From: Escherichia phage vB_EcoM-G3F7
DNA: 64,000 nt
Sequence record: MZ234035.1
Direction: 5' to 3' (one strand)
Below the pieces are notes generated by a model. It saw only the letters and a list, made by a program, of their open reading frames with translations. It was not told the DNA's origin and did not search any database. The position numbers were made by a program, and so were the translations under genes. Shown here piece by piece: positions 47,644 to 57,778 of the stretch. Positions within the stretch are counted from its first letter, which is position 1, and each line of letters opens with the position of its first letter.

Positions 47644-49464
47644 GTGATGATTAAGAATGAAATTAAAATTCTGAGCGATATTGAACATATCAAAAAGCGT
47701 AGCGGCATGTACATTGGCTCTTCTGCTAATGAAATGCATGAGCGCTTTCTGTTTGGTAAATGGGAAAGTGTTCAGTATGTACCTGGTCTTGTTAAGCTTA
47801 TTGATGAAATTATCGATAACTCAGTAGATGAAGGTATTCGTACTAAGTTTAAATTCGCAAATAAAATTAATGTTACTATTAAAAACAATCAAGTAACAGT
47901 TGAAGATAACGGTCGTGGTATTCCACAAGCGATGGTTAAAACACCTACCGGTGAAGAAATTCCTGGTCCAGTTGCTGCATGGACTATTCCAAAAGCGGGT
48001 GGTAACTTCGGTGATGATAAAGAACGCGTCACCGGCGGTATGAATGGTGTTGGTTCTAGTTTGACAAACATTTTTTCTGTGATGTTTGTCGGTGAAACTG
48101 GTGATGGTCAAAATAATATTGTAGTTCGTTGTTCAAATGGCATGGAAAATAAATCATGGGAAGATATTCCTGGAAAATGGAAAGGAACTCGTGTTACTTT
48201 CATTCCAGATTTTATGTCATTTGAAACTAATGAATTATCTCAAGTTTATCTTGACATTACACTAGATCGTCTCCAGACACTTGCTGTTGTTTATCCTGAT
48301 ATTCAATTTACCTTTAATGGTAAAAAGGTTCAGGGCAATTTTAAGAAATATGCACGACAGTATGATGAACATGCTATCGTTCAAGAACAAGAAAATTGTT
48401 CTATTGCGGTTGGTCGTTCACCCGACGGTTTTCGTCAATTAACATACGTCAATAACATTCATACTAAGAATGGTGGCCATCACATTGACTGTGTTATGGA
48501 TGATATTTGTGAAGACCTTATTCCACAAATCAAACGCAAGTTCAAAATTGATGTAACTAAAGCACGCGTTAAAGAATGTTTGACTATCGTTATGTTTGTT
48601 CGTGATATGAAAAACATGCGATTTGATTCTCAAACTAAAGAGCGTTTGACTTCTCCATTTGGTGAAATCCGTAGTCATATTCAGCTTGATGCTAAAAAGA
48701 TTTCACGTGCTATTTTGAATAATGAAGCAATTCTGATGCCAATTATTGAAGCTGCTTTGGCTCGTAAATTGGCGGCAGAAAAAGCAGCAGAAACTAAAGC
48801 AGCTAAAAAGGCATCTAAAGCTAAGGTTCATAAACATATCAAAGCGAATCTTTGTGGTAAAGATGCTGATACTACATTGTTCTTGACTGAGGGTGATTCT
48901 GCTATCGGATATCTTATTGATGTTCGTAATAAAGAACTTCATGGTGGTTATCCATTACGTGGTAAAGTTCTCAACAGTTGGGGTATGTCATATGCTGATA
49001 TGCTTAAAAACAAAGAACTATTTGATATTTGCGCAATCACTGGATTAGTTCTTGGTGAAAAAGCTGAAAACTTGAATTATCATAATATTGCTATTATGAC
49101 TGATGCTGACCATGATGGTCTAGGAAGCATTTATCCTTCTCTGCTTGGATTTTTTAGTAATTGGCCAGAACTGTTTGAGCAAGGAAGAATTCGCTTCGTC
49201 AAAACTCCTGTAATCATCGCTCAGGTCGGTAAAAAACAAGAATGGTTTTATACAGTCGCTGAATATGAGAGTGCCAAAGATGCTCTACCTAAACATAGCA
49301 TCCGTTATATTAAAGGACTTGGCTCTTTGGAAAAATCTGAATATCGTGAGATGATTCAAAACCCAGTATATGATGTTGTTAAACTTCCTGAGAACTGGAA
49401 AGAGCTTTTTGAAATGCTCATGGGAGATAATGCTGACCTTCGTAAAGAATGGATGAGCCAGTAG
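47644..49464 (+). CDS. 39: topoisomerase II large subunit gp39 (GyrB-like), unsplit
   Basis: 606 aa continuous; ATPase motif EIIDNSVDE; no gene 60 split or mobA insert. Confidence 0.9.
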   Translation: MMIKNEIKILSDIEHIKKRSGMYIGSSANEMHERFLFGKWESVQYVPGLVKLIDEIIDNSVDEGIRTKFKFANKINVTIKNNQVTVEDNGRGIPQAMVKTPTGEEIPGPVAAWTIPKAGGNFGDDKERVTGGMNGVGSSLTNIFSVMFVGETGDGQNNIVVRCSNGMENKSWEDIPGKWKGTRVTFIPDFMSFETNELSQVYLDITLDRLQTLAVVYPDIQFTFNGKKVQGNFKKYARQYDEHAIVQEQENCSIAVGRSPDGFRQLTYVNNIHTKNGGHHIDCVMDDICEDLIPQIKRKFKIDVTKARVKECLTIVMFVRDMKNMRFDSQTKERLTSPFGEIRSHIQLDAKKISRAILNNEAILMPIIEAALARKLAAEKAAETKAAKKASKAKVHKHIKANLCGKDADTTLFLTEGDSAIGYLIDVRNKELHGGYPLRGKVLNSWGMSYADMLKNKELFDICAITGLVLGEKAENLNYHNIAIMTDADHDGLGSIYPSLLGFFSNWPELFEQGRIRFVKTPVIIAQVGKKQEWFYTVAEYESAKDALPKHSIRYIKGLGSLEKSEYREMIQNPVYDVVKLPENWKELFEMLMGDNADLRKEWMSQ

Positions 49465-49493
49465 TTTACTTTACCACAAGGATGTGGTATAAT
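49464..49493 (+). promoter_or_regulatory. T4-type early promoter upstream of rIIA region
   Basis: GTTTAC, 18-nt spacer with TGG, TATAAT; overlaps gene 39 stop. Confidence 0.6.
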
Positions 49494-49518
49494 TAATTGG
49501 GCAAATGAGGATATTGAA

Positions 49519-49722
49519 ATGAAATCATATAAAGTAAATTTAGAACTTTTTGATAAAGCAGTTCATCGAGAATATAGAATCATTCAACGCTTTTTCGATA
49601 TGGGAGAAGCTGAAGAGTTTAAAAACCGCTTTAAGGATATTAGAGATAAAATTCAATCCGACACCGCAACTAAAGATGAACTACTAGAAGTTGCTGAAGT
49701 TATTAAACGCAATATGAATTAA
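49519..49722 (+). CDS. hypothetical protein (rIIA.1 position)
   Basis: 67-aa ORF between 39 and rIIA after early promoter. Confidence 0.5.
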   Translation: MKSYKVNLELFDKAVHREYRIIQRFFDMGEAEEFKNRFKDIRDKIQSDTATKDELLEVAEVIKRNMN

Positions 49723-49732
49723 TGAGGAAATT

Positions 49733-51910
49733 ATGATTATCACCACTGAAAAAGAAACAATTCTTGGTAATGGTTCTAAATCAAAAGCATTTAGCATCAC
49801 AGCATCTCCTAAAGTATTTAAAATTCTATCATCTGATTTGTACACAAACAAGATTCGCGCAGTAGTCCGTGAATTGATTACCAACATGATTGATGCCCAT
49901 GCTCTCAATGGAAATCCTGAAAAATTTATCATTCAAGTTCCTGGACGTTTAGACCCACGATTTGTTTGTCGAGATTTTGGTCCGGGTATGAGTGATTTTG
50001 ATATTCAGGGTGATGATAATTCTCCTGGGTTGTATAATTCATACTTCAGTTCATCTAAAGCTGAATCTAATGACTTTATTGGCGGATTTGGTTTAGGTTC
50101 TAAATCTCCGTTTAGTTATACTGATACGTTTAGTATTACTTCGTATCATAAAGGTGAAATTCGTGGTTATGTAGCTTACATGGATGGTGATGGCCCACAG
50201 ATTAAACCTACATTCGTAAAAGAAATGGGTCCAGATGATAAAACTGGTATTGAAATCGTAGTTCCAGTTGAAGAAAAAGACTTTAGAAACTTTGCTTATG
50301 AAGTTTCTTATATCATGCGACCATTCAAAGATTTGGCTATCATTAATGGTCTTGACCGCGAAATTGATTATTTTCCGGATTTTGATGATTATTACGGCAT
50401 AAATCCAGAAAGATACTGGCCTGATCGTGGTGGATTATATGCTATCTATGGCGGTATTGTTTATCCTATCGATGGTGTTATTAAAGACCGTAACTGGCTA
50501 AGCATTCGTAATGAAGTGAATTACATTAAGTTTCCAATGGGTTCGCTTGATATTGCTCCATCACGCGAAGCTCTTTCACTAGATGATCGTACTCGTAAAA
50601 ATATTATTGAACGAGTTAAAGAACTCAGTGAGAAAGCATTTAATGAAGATGTAAAACGATTTAAAGAATCTACATCTCCTCGTCACACATATCGTGAATT
50701 GATGAAGATGGGATATTCTGCTCGAGATTATATGATTAGTAATTCAGTCAAATTCACGACTAAAAATCTGTCATATAAAAAGATGCAGAGCATGTTTGAA
50801 CCTGACAATAAGTTATGTAATGCAGGAGTTGTGTATGAAGTAAATCTTGATCCTCGACTGAAGCGCATTAAGCAAAGTCATGAAACTTCAGCCGTTGCAT
50901 CAAGTTATCGTCTGTTTGGTATTAATACAACAAAAATTAATATCGTTATTGATAATATTAAAAATCGTGTTAATATTGTTCGTGGATTAGCACGAGCGTT
51001 AGATGATAGTGAATTTAATAACACTTTGAATATTCATCATAATGAGCGTCTTCTGTTTATTAATCCAGAAGTAGAATCGCAGATTGATTTGCTTCCTGAT
51101 ATTATGGCGATGTTTGAAAGTGATGAAGTTAACATTCATTATTTGTCAGAAATTGAAGCTTTAGTTAAAAGCTATATTCCAAAGGTAGTTAAAAGTAAAG
51201 CTCCTCGTCCTAAAGCTGCTACAGCATTTAAGTTTGAAATTAAAGACGGGCGCTGGGAAAAAGAGGAATTATTTACGCTCACATCAGAAGCAGATGAAAT
51301 TACTGGGTATGTAGCGTATATGCATCGTTCTGATATTTTCTCTATGGATGGTACTACATCTCTTTGTCATCCATCTATGAATATTTTGATTCGTATGGCT
51401 AATCTTATTGGCATTAATGAGTTTTATGTTATTCGTCCGCTTTTGCAGAAAAAGGTAAAAGAACTCGGTCAGTGCCAATGTATTTTTGAAACTCTGCGTG
51501 ATTTATATGTAGATGCTTTTGATGATGTAGATTATGATAAGTACGTAGGTTATTCAAGTTCAGCTCAACGATATATTGATAAAATTATCAAGTATCCTGA
51601 ACTAGATTTTATGATGAAGTACTTCAGTACAGATGAAGTTTCTGAAGAATATACACGACTCGCTAATATAGTTAGTTCATTGCGCGGTGTATATTTTAAT
51701 GGTGGAAAAGATACCATCGGTCATGATATCTGGACAGTAACTAATCTTTTTGATGTATTATCAAATAATGCTTCAAAAAACAGTGATAAAATGGTTGCTG
51801 AGTTTACCAAGAAATTCCGTATTGTTTCCGACTTCATCGGATATCGCAACTCTTTAAGTGATGATGAAGTTTCCCAAATCGCTAAAACTATGAAGGCCCT
51901 TGCGGCCTAA
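49733..51910 (+). CDS. rIIA: rIIA protein
   Basis: 725 aa; N-terminus [20 protein letters not shown]...; matches T4 rIIA. Confidence 0.95.
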   Translation: MIITTEKETILGNGSKSKAFSITASPKVFKILSSDLYTNKIRAVVRELITNMIDAHALNGNPEKFIIQVPGRLDPRFVCRDFGPGMSDFDIQGDDNSPGLYNSYFSSSKAESNDFIGGFGLGSKSPFSYTDTFSITSYHKGEIRGYVAYMDGDGPQIKPTFVKEMGPDDKTGIEIVVPVEEKDFRNFAYEVSYIMRPFKDLAIINGLDREIDYFPDFDDYYGINPERYWPDRGGLYAIYGGIVYPIDGVIKDRNWLSIRNEVNYIKFPMGSLDIAPSREALSLDDRTRKNIIERVKELSEKAFNEDVKRFKESTSPRHTYRELMKMGYSARDYMISNSVKFTTKNLSYKKMQSMFEPDNKLCNAGVVYEVNLDPRLKRIKQSHETSAVASSYRLFGINTTKINIVIDNIKNRVNIVRGLARALDDSEFNNTLNIHHNERLLFINPEVESQIDLLPDIMAMFESDEVNIHYLSEIEALVKSYIPKVVKSKAPRPKAATAFKFEIKDGRWEKEELFTLTSEADEITGYVAYMHRSDIFSMDGTTSLCHPSMNILIRMANLIGINEFYVIRPLLQKKVKELGQCQCIFETLRDLYVDAFDDVDYDKYVGYSSSAQRYIDKIIKYPELDFMMKYFSTDEVSEEYTRLANIVSSLRGVYFNGGKDTIGHDIWTVTNLFDVLSNNASKNSDKMVAEFTKKFRIVSDFIGYRNSLSDDEVSQIAKTMKALAA

Positions 51911-51921
51911 TAAGGAAAATT

Positions 51922-52860
51922 ATGTACAATATTAAATGCCTGACCAAAAACGAACAAGCTGAAATTGTTAAACTGTATTCAAGTGGTAATTACACCCAGC
52001 AGGAATTGGCTGATTGGCAAGGTGTATCGGTTGACACAATCCGTCGTGTTTTGAAAAATGCTGAAGAAGCAGAACGCTCTAAAGTTACTATTAGCGGTGA
52101 CATTACAGTTAAAGTTAATAGCGATGCAGTTATTGCTCCAGTTGCTAAATCTGACATTATTTGGAATGCATCTAAAAAATTCATTTCAATTACTGTTGAC
52201 GGTGTAACTTATAACGCAACTCCTAATACTCATTCAAACTTCCAGGAAATTCTTAATCTGCTTGTAGCGGATAAGTTGGAAGAAGCGGCACAAAAAATTA
52301 ATGTTCGTCGCGCTGTTGAAAAATATATTTCCGGCGATGTTCGAATTGAAGGTGGAAGCTTATTCTATCAAAATATTGAATTGCGGTCTGGTTTGGTTGA
52401 TCGTATTCTTGATTCGATGGAAAAAGGCGAAAACTTTGAATTTTATTTTCCGTTCTTGAAAAATCTGCTGGAAAACCCAAGCCAGAAAGCGGTATCTCGA
52501 CTCTTTGATTTCTTGGTAGCAAACGATATTGAAATTACAGAAGATGGTTACTTCTATGCTTGGAAAGTAGTTCGTAGCAATTACTTTGATTGTCACTCAA
52601 ACACTTTTGATAACAGTCCTGGTAAAGTAGTTAAAATGCCGCGTACTCGTGTGAATGACGATGATACGCAAACTTGTTCCCGCGGTTTGCATGTATGTTC
52701 TAAATCTTATATTCGTCACTTTGGCAGTTCAACCAGCCGAGTCGTAAAAGTTAAAGTACATCCGCGTGATGTAGTATCAATTCCGATTGATTACAACGAT
52801 GCTAAAATGCGTACCTGCCAATACGAAGTAGTTGAAGACGTTACTGAACAATTTAAATAA
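51922..52860 (+). CDS. rIIB: rIIB protein
   Basis: 312 aa; N-terminus MYNIKCLTKNEQAEIVKLYSSGNYTQQELADWQ; matches T4 rIIB. Confidence 0.95.
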   Translation: MYNIKCLTKNEQAEIVKLYSSGNYTQQELADWQGVSVDTIRRVLKNAEEAERSKVTISGDITVKVNSDAVIAPVAKSDIIWNASKKFISITVDGVTYNATPNTHSNFQEILNLLVADKLEEAAQKINVRRAVEKYISGDVRIEGGSLFYQNIELRSGLVDRILDSMEKGENFEFYFPFLKNLLENPSQKAVSRLFDFLVANDIEITEDGYFYAWKVVRSNYFDCHSNTFDNSPGKVVKMPRTRVNDDDTQTCSRGLHVCSKSYIRHFGSSTSRVVKVKVHPRDVVSIPIDYNDAKMRTCQYEVVEDVTEQFK

Positions 52861-52876
52861 GGGCTTCGGCCCTTAA
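52860..52876 (+). terminator. terminator-like hairpin after rIIB
   Basis: AGGGC-TTCG-GCCCT; short T-run. Confidence 0.5.
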
Positions 52877-52888
52877 CTAAGGAAAATT

Positions 52889-53083
52889 ATGTTAGGTTAT
52901 CAAGCACGAGTAAAAGAAGAATACGATCAATTAATGCTCAAAATTAATGCACTTAGCAATTTTTTAGAAAGCACAAAGTTTCTAACGGTTAGTGCAGTTG
53001 AGCAAGAATTGCTACTTTCGCAGTTTATCTCAATGAAATCTTACGCAGATTGTTTAGAAAAAAGAATTGCACAATTCAAATAA
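52889..53083 (+). CDS. hypothetical protein
   Basis: 64-aa ORF flanked by terminator hairpins. Confidence 0.45.
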   Translation: MLGYQARVKEEYDQLMLKINALSNFLESTKFLTVSAVEQELLLSQFISMKSYADCLEKRIAQFK

Positions 53084-53087
53084 AATA

Positions 53088-53110
53088 AGGGCTTCGGCCC
53101 TTTTGTTTTA
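53088..53110 (+). terminator. intrinsic terminator
   Basis: AGGGC-TTCG-GCCCT followed by TTTTGTTTT. Confidence 0.7.
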
Positions 53111-53146
53111 AGGGAAATTATGATTCCGACATAAAGGAAAGTTTAA

Positions 53147-53704
53147 ATGCAGAAAACGAATCCGGGTTTGCAGAGACTATTTCAGATTCCGTCATTTACC
53201 CTATCGAACAGTGACTTGACTAGTGAAATGAAGGTCAAAATTGCTGATACTGCAAGATACTCTTTAAAACAAAACCCGAACCAGGATAAAGCAGAAGTTA
53301 TCGAAAGATGTCGTATCGCTGTGTACGCAGAGTTTTTTGTGGCAGATTGGCTAAGAGGGTATGTTAACAAAGGCCAAGAGGATGTTAATGACCCGTATAC
53401 ATACGCATGGGATGTACTGGCGCATCCAAAATACTGCGGGCTTCGTGTAGAAGTTAAGACACATCAAACTGACTCACGTTGGATTTCGGTAACAACAGGA
53501 TGCAGCGGAGAGTATCCATATGGTTCTGGAATAAATCTAGGGCCCATTCTAAATCATCAAGTCGCTGACTGTATAATTATATTCAACACTAAAGAAATTC
53601 ATCCAGGTGTCATCCAGTACACTCCGAAGTTCATCGGTGACAGAGAAGACCTTCGTAAGGTTGTAAGAAAAAGCAACTACAATGGATGGTATCTTTCCAT
53701 TTAA
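53147..53704 (+). CDS. denB: endonuclease IV DenB-like
   Basis: 185 aa; size and position after rIIB match T4 denB. Confidence 0.7.
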   Translation: MQKTNPGLQRLFQIPSFTLSNSDLTSEMKVKIADTARYSLKQNPNQDKAEVIERCRIAVYAEFFVADWLRGYVNKGQEDVNDPYTYAWDVLAHPKYCGLRVEVKTHQTDSRWISVTTGCSGEYPYGSGINLGPILNHQVADCIIIFNTKEIHPGVIQYTPKFIGDREDLRKVVRKSNYNGWYLSI

Positions 53705-53720
53705 AAATTTTCACAAAACG

Positions 53721-53750
53721 GTTTACATACCACAAGGACTGTGGTACTAT
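53721..53750 (+). promoter_or_regulatory. T4-type early promoter (repeat cassette)
   Basis: GTTTAC, 18-nt spacer with TGG, TACTAT. Confidence 0.6.
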
Positions 53751-53777
53751 ACAACTATCAGCTACGGAGGAGTAAAA

Positions 53778-54041
53778 ATGAAATTTAAATTTTATTACGC
53801 TAAACATAAAATTACCGGTGAATTTATTGCATTTACGACTTCAACTACAGATGAAGGAGATATTTTTACTGCAGTATTTTTATCAAAATGGGAATCAGAT
53901 CAACCTTACTTATCATCACGTGAAGATCTCCAACGATTAGTTAATGGAGAATATAATGATTCATGGTCATATTTAGTCCATGATTGTGTTAAAAAGGCAA
54001 TAAAACAAAAACACTTGGAAATCGTTGAGATTGAACTATGA
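53778..54041 (+). CDS. hypothetical protein
   Basis: 87 aa from ATG 53778 downstream of early promoter 53721-53750. Confidence 0.45.
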   Translation: MKFKFYYAKHKITGEFIAFTTSTTDEGDIFTAVFLSKWESDQPYLSSREDLQRLVNGEYNDSWSYLVHDCVKKAIKQKHLEIVEIEL

Positions 54042-54226
54042 GTTCATTATGGTGGTGTTTCGTTTGGTTAATTAGTATTCCATTAATTTGTTTAACATTT
54101 ACTTTTGTGATGAGGTTATTATGAAAATTTTGAATTCTGTGCTTATTGCTTGTGCGTGGTGGGTTGCGCAAGTTTCAGCAGTAGTAGTTGGTATTCACAT
54201 TTATTACGAATATTTTTAAAAAAGTT

Positions 54227-54256
54227 GTTTACAAGACTGTTCTTCCGTGGTATTAT
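54227..54256 (+). promoter_or_regulatory. T4-type early promoter (repeat cassette)
   Basis: GTTTACAAGACTGTTCTTCCGTGGTATTAT. Confidence 0.6.
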
Positions 54257-54384
54257 TACCCTATCAACTACGGAGGAACAGAAAATGAAAAAGATTGTTA
54301 AAGCTATATGGAATGTAGTTATAATACTAATAGTTTTGAGTATATTCCCAATCGTTTTAATGATTGATGTATTAAACGCTTACT

Positions 54385-54603
54385 TTGGATTTATGTGAGG
54401 AAAATATGAAGCGTAAACGCAGTGCTTTTACATTTATTGAATGGTTTTTCGATAATATTTTTCCGGCTTTATTCATTTTCATGCTGATTTTTGCTTTAGG
54501 TTCAGTTGTAGTTGGAATCTATTTGATGACAGTAGTCGGAATTGATATTCATCAAAATGGTTTAAAATCCGTAGTTGAAACAATTTGGAACGGTGTAAAA
54601 TGA
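54385..54603 (+). CDS. hypothetical membrane protein
   Basis: 72-aa ORF with hydrophobic helices. Confidence 0.4.
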   Translation: MDLCEENMKRKRSAFTFIEWFFDNIFPALFIFMLIFALGSVVVGIYLMTVVGIDIHQNGLKSVVETIWNGVK

Positions 54604-54718
54604 TGAATTTGCTGAGCGGTTGGTTTTATATTCTTATGTTTTACATTGGCGCAAATTTTCCATATTGGATGGGATGGTCAACAACTGCGTTTGGATTTTA
54701 TACTCCTTGAGGTGAATT

Positions 54719-54934
54719 ATGAAAATCTTTAAAGATGTAAAAGTTGGTGAAATTTTCTGTTTAGATAACGGTGATCAGTTAATTCGTATTTCACCTCTTA
54801 AGAGCACTAGCGAGAAACCGACAGTTAACGCTACTTTAGCAAACAATAGTAATGAACGTTTCTGTATTGAAAATGATACTGAAACTTATACCGTAGAAGA
54901 GTTTTGGGAATTGAGCGTCGACTGCGACGATTAA
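54719..54934 (+). CDS. hypothetical protein
   Basis: 71-aa ORF. Confidence 0.45.
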   Translation: MKIFKDVKVGEIFCLDNGDQLIRISPLKSTSEKPTVNATLANNSNERFCIENDTETYTVEEFWELSVDCDD

Positions 54935-54994
54935 TTTAATGGCCGTGTGTATTCATGCGGCCTTGGAGTAGAAAATAATTTAGAGGAAATTAAT

Positions 54995-55453
54995 ATGAAA
55001 TACATGACTGTTACTGATCTGAATAATGCAGGCGCTACCGTTATTGGTACAATCAAGAACGGTGAATGGTTTTTGGGAGTTCCACATAAAGATATTTTAT
55101 CTAAACCTGGATTTTACTTTTTAGTAAGTAAATTAGATGGTCGTCCATTTAGTAATCCATGTGTGTCTGCACGATTTTATGTAGGTAATCAGCGTTCTAA
55201 GCAAGGATTTAGTGCGGTTCTAAGTCATATTCGTCAACGTCGGTCTCAGCTTGCGCGTACTATTGCAAATAACAATGTTCCATACACAGTATTTTATCTG
55301 CCTGCTTCTAAGATGAAACCTCTGACTACGGGATTTGGAAAAGGTCAGTTAGCTTTGGCGTTTATTCGTAATCATCATTCTGAGTATCAAACACTTGAAG
55401 AAATGAACCGTATGTTGGCTGATAACTTTAAATTCGTTTTGCAGGCATATTAA
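54995..55453 (+). CDS. ndd: nucleoid disruption protein Ndd-like
   Basis: 152 aa from ATG 54995 after GAGGAAA RBS; size and position match T4 ndd. Confidence 0.7.
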   Translation: MKYMTVTDLNNAGATVIGTIKNGEWFLGVPHKDILSKPGFYFLVSKLDGRPFSNPCVSARFYVGNQRSKQGFSAVLSHIRQRRSQLARTIANNNVPYTVFYLPASKMKPLTTGFGKGQLALAFIRNHHSEYQTLEEMNRMLADNFKFVLQAY

Positions 55454-55533
55454 TGAGTAATTTCCACAACGAACATGTGATGCAGTTCTATCGTAATAAT
55501 TTTAAAACTAAAGGCGTCTTCGGACGCCAGTGA
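55453..55533 (+). CDS. stp: Stp peptide
   Basis: 26-aa [29 protein letters not shown], near-identical to T4 Stp as recalled; not in ORF track. Confidence 0.85.
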   Translation: MSNFHNEHVMQFYRNNFKTKGVFGRQ

Positions 55534-55540
55534 GGAAAAT

Positions 55541-55699
55541 ATAAATATTGCAAAATTATTAGGAGTTATTTCATTTATTTGTTGGATAGTAGCATGTGTT
55601 TTAACTATCTGTATTGATGTCAGCAGTGTGTTTTCGCAAGCTTTAGCTCAGGGTATGTGTGCATATTTAACATTTGTGTTGTTATCTACTAATGATTAA
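55541..55699 (+). CDS. ac: small hydrophobic protein, Ac-like by position, non-AUG start
   Basis: About 50 hydrophobic codons open from ATA/ATT after GAGGA; no in-frame ATG near start. Confidence 0.3.
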   Translation: MNIAKLLGVISFICWIVACVLTICIDVSSVFSQALAQGMCAYLTFVLLSTND

Positions 55700-55832
55700 G
55701 AAAATCTTGGGCTATTCATTAGCCCTTGCTATTTTATTGATAGCATTATATTACGGAATAATGTTCGGATTAATTCAAGTCGTGCTTTTCATTTCTGATG
55801 TTATTATGGCACTACATTCACTAGTATGGTAA
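55692..55832 (+). CDS. small hydrophobic membrane protein
   Basis: 46-aa ORF immediately upstream of gene 52. Confidence 0.35.
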   Translation: MIKKILGYSLALAILLIALYYGIMFGLIQVVLFISDVIMALHSLVW

Positions 55833-55836
55833 ATTT

Positions 55837-57165
55837 ATGCAACTGAATAATCGTGATTTAAAAAGTATCATTGATAATGAAGCATTGGCTTATGCTATGT
55901 ACACGGTTGAAAATCGTGCCATTCCAAATATGATTGACGGATTTAAGCCAGTTCAACGATTTGTTATTGCTCGAGCTCTTGATTTGGCACGAGGAAATAA
56001 AGATAAGTTTCACAAACTCGCTTCTATCGCAGGCGGTGTAGCGGACCTTGGATATCATCATGGTGAAAACTCTGCGCAAGACGCAGGTGCTTTGATGGCT
56101 AACACTTGGAATAATAACTTTCCTCTGTTAGACGGTCAAGGAAACTTTGGTTCTCGTACTGTCCAAAAGGCAGCAGCAAGTCGTTATATTTTTGCTCGTG
56201 TAAGTAAAAATTTCTATAACGTATATAAAGATACTGAATATGCTCCAGTACATCAAGATAAAGAACACATTCCGCCTGCTTTCTATTTGCCTATTATTCC
56301 TACTGTTCTTCTTAATGGCGTTTCCGGTATTGCAACTGGTTATGCAACTTACATTCTTCCTCATAGTGTTTCTTCTGTCAAGAAAGCTGTACTGCAAGCT
56401 CTTCAAGGAAAGAAAGTAACTAAACCGAAGGTAGAATTCCCAGAATTTCGTGGTGAAGTCGTTGAAATTGATGGGCAATATGAAATTCGTGGAACATATA
56501 AGTTTACTTCACGAACTCAAATGCATATCACTGAGATTCCATATAAGTATGATCGTGAAACTTATGTGAGTAAAATCTTAGACCCGCTTGAAGATAAAGG
56601 CTTCATTACATGGGATGATGCTTGTGGTGAGCATGGCTTTGGCTTCAAAGTTAAATTCCGAAAAGAATACTCTTTGAGCGATAATGAAGAAGAACGCCAT
56701 GCAAAAATTATGAAAGACTTCGGGTTGATTGAGCGTCGTTCCCAGAATATTACCGTCATTAATGAGAAAGGAAAGCTGCAAGTTTACGATAATGTAGTTG
56801 ATTTAATCAAAGACTTCGTTGAAGTTCGTAAAACTTATGTCCAAAAACGAATTGATAACAAAATCAAAGAAACTGAATCAGCATTTCGTTTAGCTTTTGC
56901 CAAGGCACATTTCATTAAGAAAGTAATTTCAGGTGAAATTGTTGTACAAGGTAAAACTCGCAAAGAACTGACCGAAGAACTTTCTAAAATTGATATGTAT
57001 TCTTCTTATGTTGATAAACTAGTTGGAATGAACATTTTTCATATGACTTCCGACGAAGCAAAGAAACTTGCTGAAGAAGCTAAAGCCAAAAAAGAAGAAA
57101 ACGAATATTGGAAAACTACTGATGTAGTTACAGAATACACCAAAGATTTAGAGGAAATCAAATGA
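55837..57165 (+). CDS. 52: topoisomerase II medium subunit gp52 (GyrA-like)
   Basis: 442 aa; matches T4 gp52 length and sequence as recalled. Confidence 0.9.
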   Translation: MQLNNRDLKSIIDNEALAYAMYTVENRAIPNMIDGFKPVQRFVIARALDLARGNKDKFHKLASIAGGVADLGYHHGENSAQDAGALMANTWNNNFPLLDGQGNFGSRTVQKAAASRYIFARVSKNFYNVYKDTEYAPVHQDKEHIPPAFYLPIIPTVLLNGVSGIATGYATYILPHSVSSVKKAVLQALQGKKVTKPKVEFPEFRGEVVEIDGQYEIRGTYKFTSRTQMHITEIPYKYDRETYVSKILDPLEDKGFITWDDACGEHGFGFKVKFRKEYSLSDNEEERHAKIMKDFGLIERRSQNITVINEKGKLQVYDNVVDLIKDFVEVRKTYVQKRIDNKIKETESAFRLAFAKAHFIKKVISGEIVVQGKTRKELTEELSKIDMYSSYVDKLVGMNIFHMTSDEAKKLAEEAKAKKEENEYWKTTDVVTEYTKDLEEIK

Positions 57166-57311
57166 GTCCATTCATTGGTATCACAAGCGCTGCATTAGTA
57201 TCTGGTGGCATTTTACTGGCGGGTTTAGGTGTTGTTCCTGCCGTAGCAGGAGGTCTTCTTGCGTTCGGAATTCAACGTGTTATCATGACAGTTATCACAG
57301 TCATGCAGTAA
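57162..57311 (+). CDS. small hydrophobic membrane protein
   Basis: 49-aa Gly/Ala/Val-rich ORF; ATGA overlap with gene 52 stop; followed by terminator. Confidence 0.35.
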   Translation: MSPFIGITSAALVSGGILLAGLGVVPAVAGGLLAFGIQRVIMTVITVMQ

Positions 57312-57315
57312 TTTT

Positions 57316-57346
57316 AGGGAGAGCCTCGGCTCTCCCTTTTTATTTC
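57316..57346 (+). terminator. intrinsic terminator after gene 52 cluster
   Basis: GGGAGAGC-CTCG-GCTCTCCC followed by TTTTTATTT. Confidence 0.75.
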
Positions 57347-57366
57347 AAAAATTTTTTCACAAAACG

Positions 57367-57396
57367 GTTTACAACCAAAGCATACTGTGGTACTAT
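57367..57396 (+). promoter_or_regulatory. T4-type early promoter (repeat cassette)
   Basis: GTTTAC, 18-nt spacer with TGG, TACTAT. Confidence 0.6.
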
Positions 57397-57445
57397 ACAA
57401 CTATCAAATAAATGAACTGAAACAAACAACCCGGAGATACAAAAA

Positions 57446-57673
57446 ATGAAATTTAAAATCGAAAACGAAATCGTTAAAGCTAAAAATGCTCTGACTGCTA
57501 ACAAACTGGTTGTAGATGGTATTGAATATGATATCTGTGGAGTTCGTGAAGAAAAACCTGGTGTTCTGACTTTCTTCACAATGATTTTTAAATTTAAAGG
57601 TGACACAGAATTCAAACAGTTTGATTTTGCCCATGAAGACGAAATCGAAGTTCGTAATCTGAACATTAAGTAA
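57446..57673 (+). CDS. hypothetical protein
   Basis: 75-aa ORF downstream of early promoter 57367-57396. Confidence 0.5.
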   Translation: MKFKIENEIVKAKNALTANKLVVDGIEYDICGVREEKPGVLTFFTMIFKFKGDTEFKQFDFAHEDEIEVRNLNIK

Positions 57674-57712
57674 GTACTTTATTAGAGCTCTTGAAAAAGA
57701 GTGCAAAAAAGT

Positions 57713-57741
57713 GTTTACTTCTGCTTTAAACATGATACTAT
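57713..57741 (+). promoter_or_regulatory. T4-type early promoter upstream of motA
   Basis: GTTTAC, 17-nt spacer, TACTAT. Confidence 0.55.
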
Positions 57742-57778
57742 AGACCTATCAAATAAATGAACTGAAACGGAGATTAAA

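Noticed and set aside
51903-51916. GGCC-CTTGC-GGCC palindrome at the rIIA stop as a terminator
   Set aside because: Short stem, no T-run, and rIIB follows 11 nt later in the same transcription unit.
53705-54280. Repeated ~50-bp elements as a possible CRISPR array
   Set aside because: Irregular spacing of hundreds to thousands of bp, each copy has -35/-10/RBS promoter architecture and is followed by an ORF; no cas genes.
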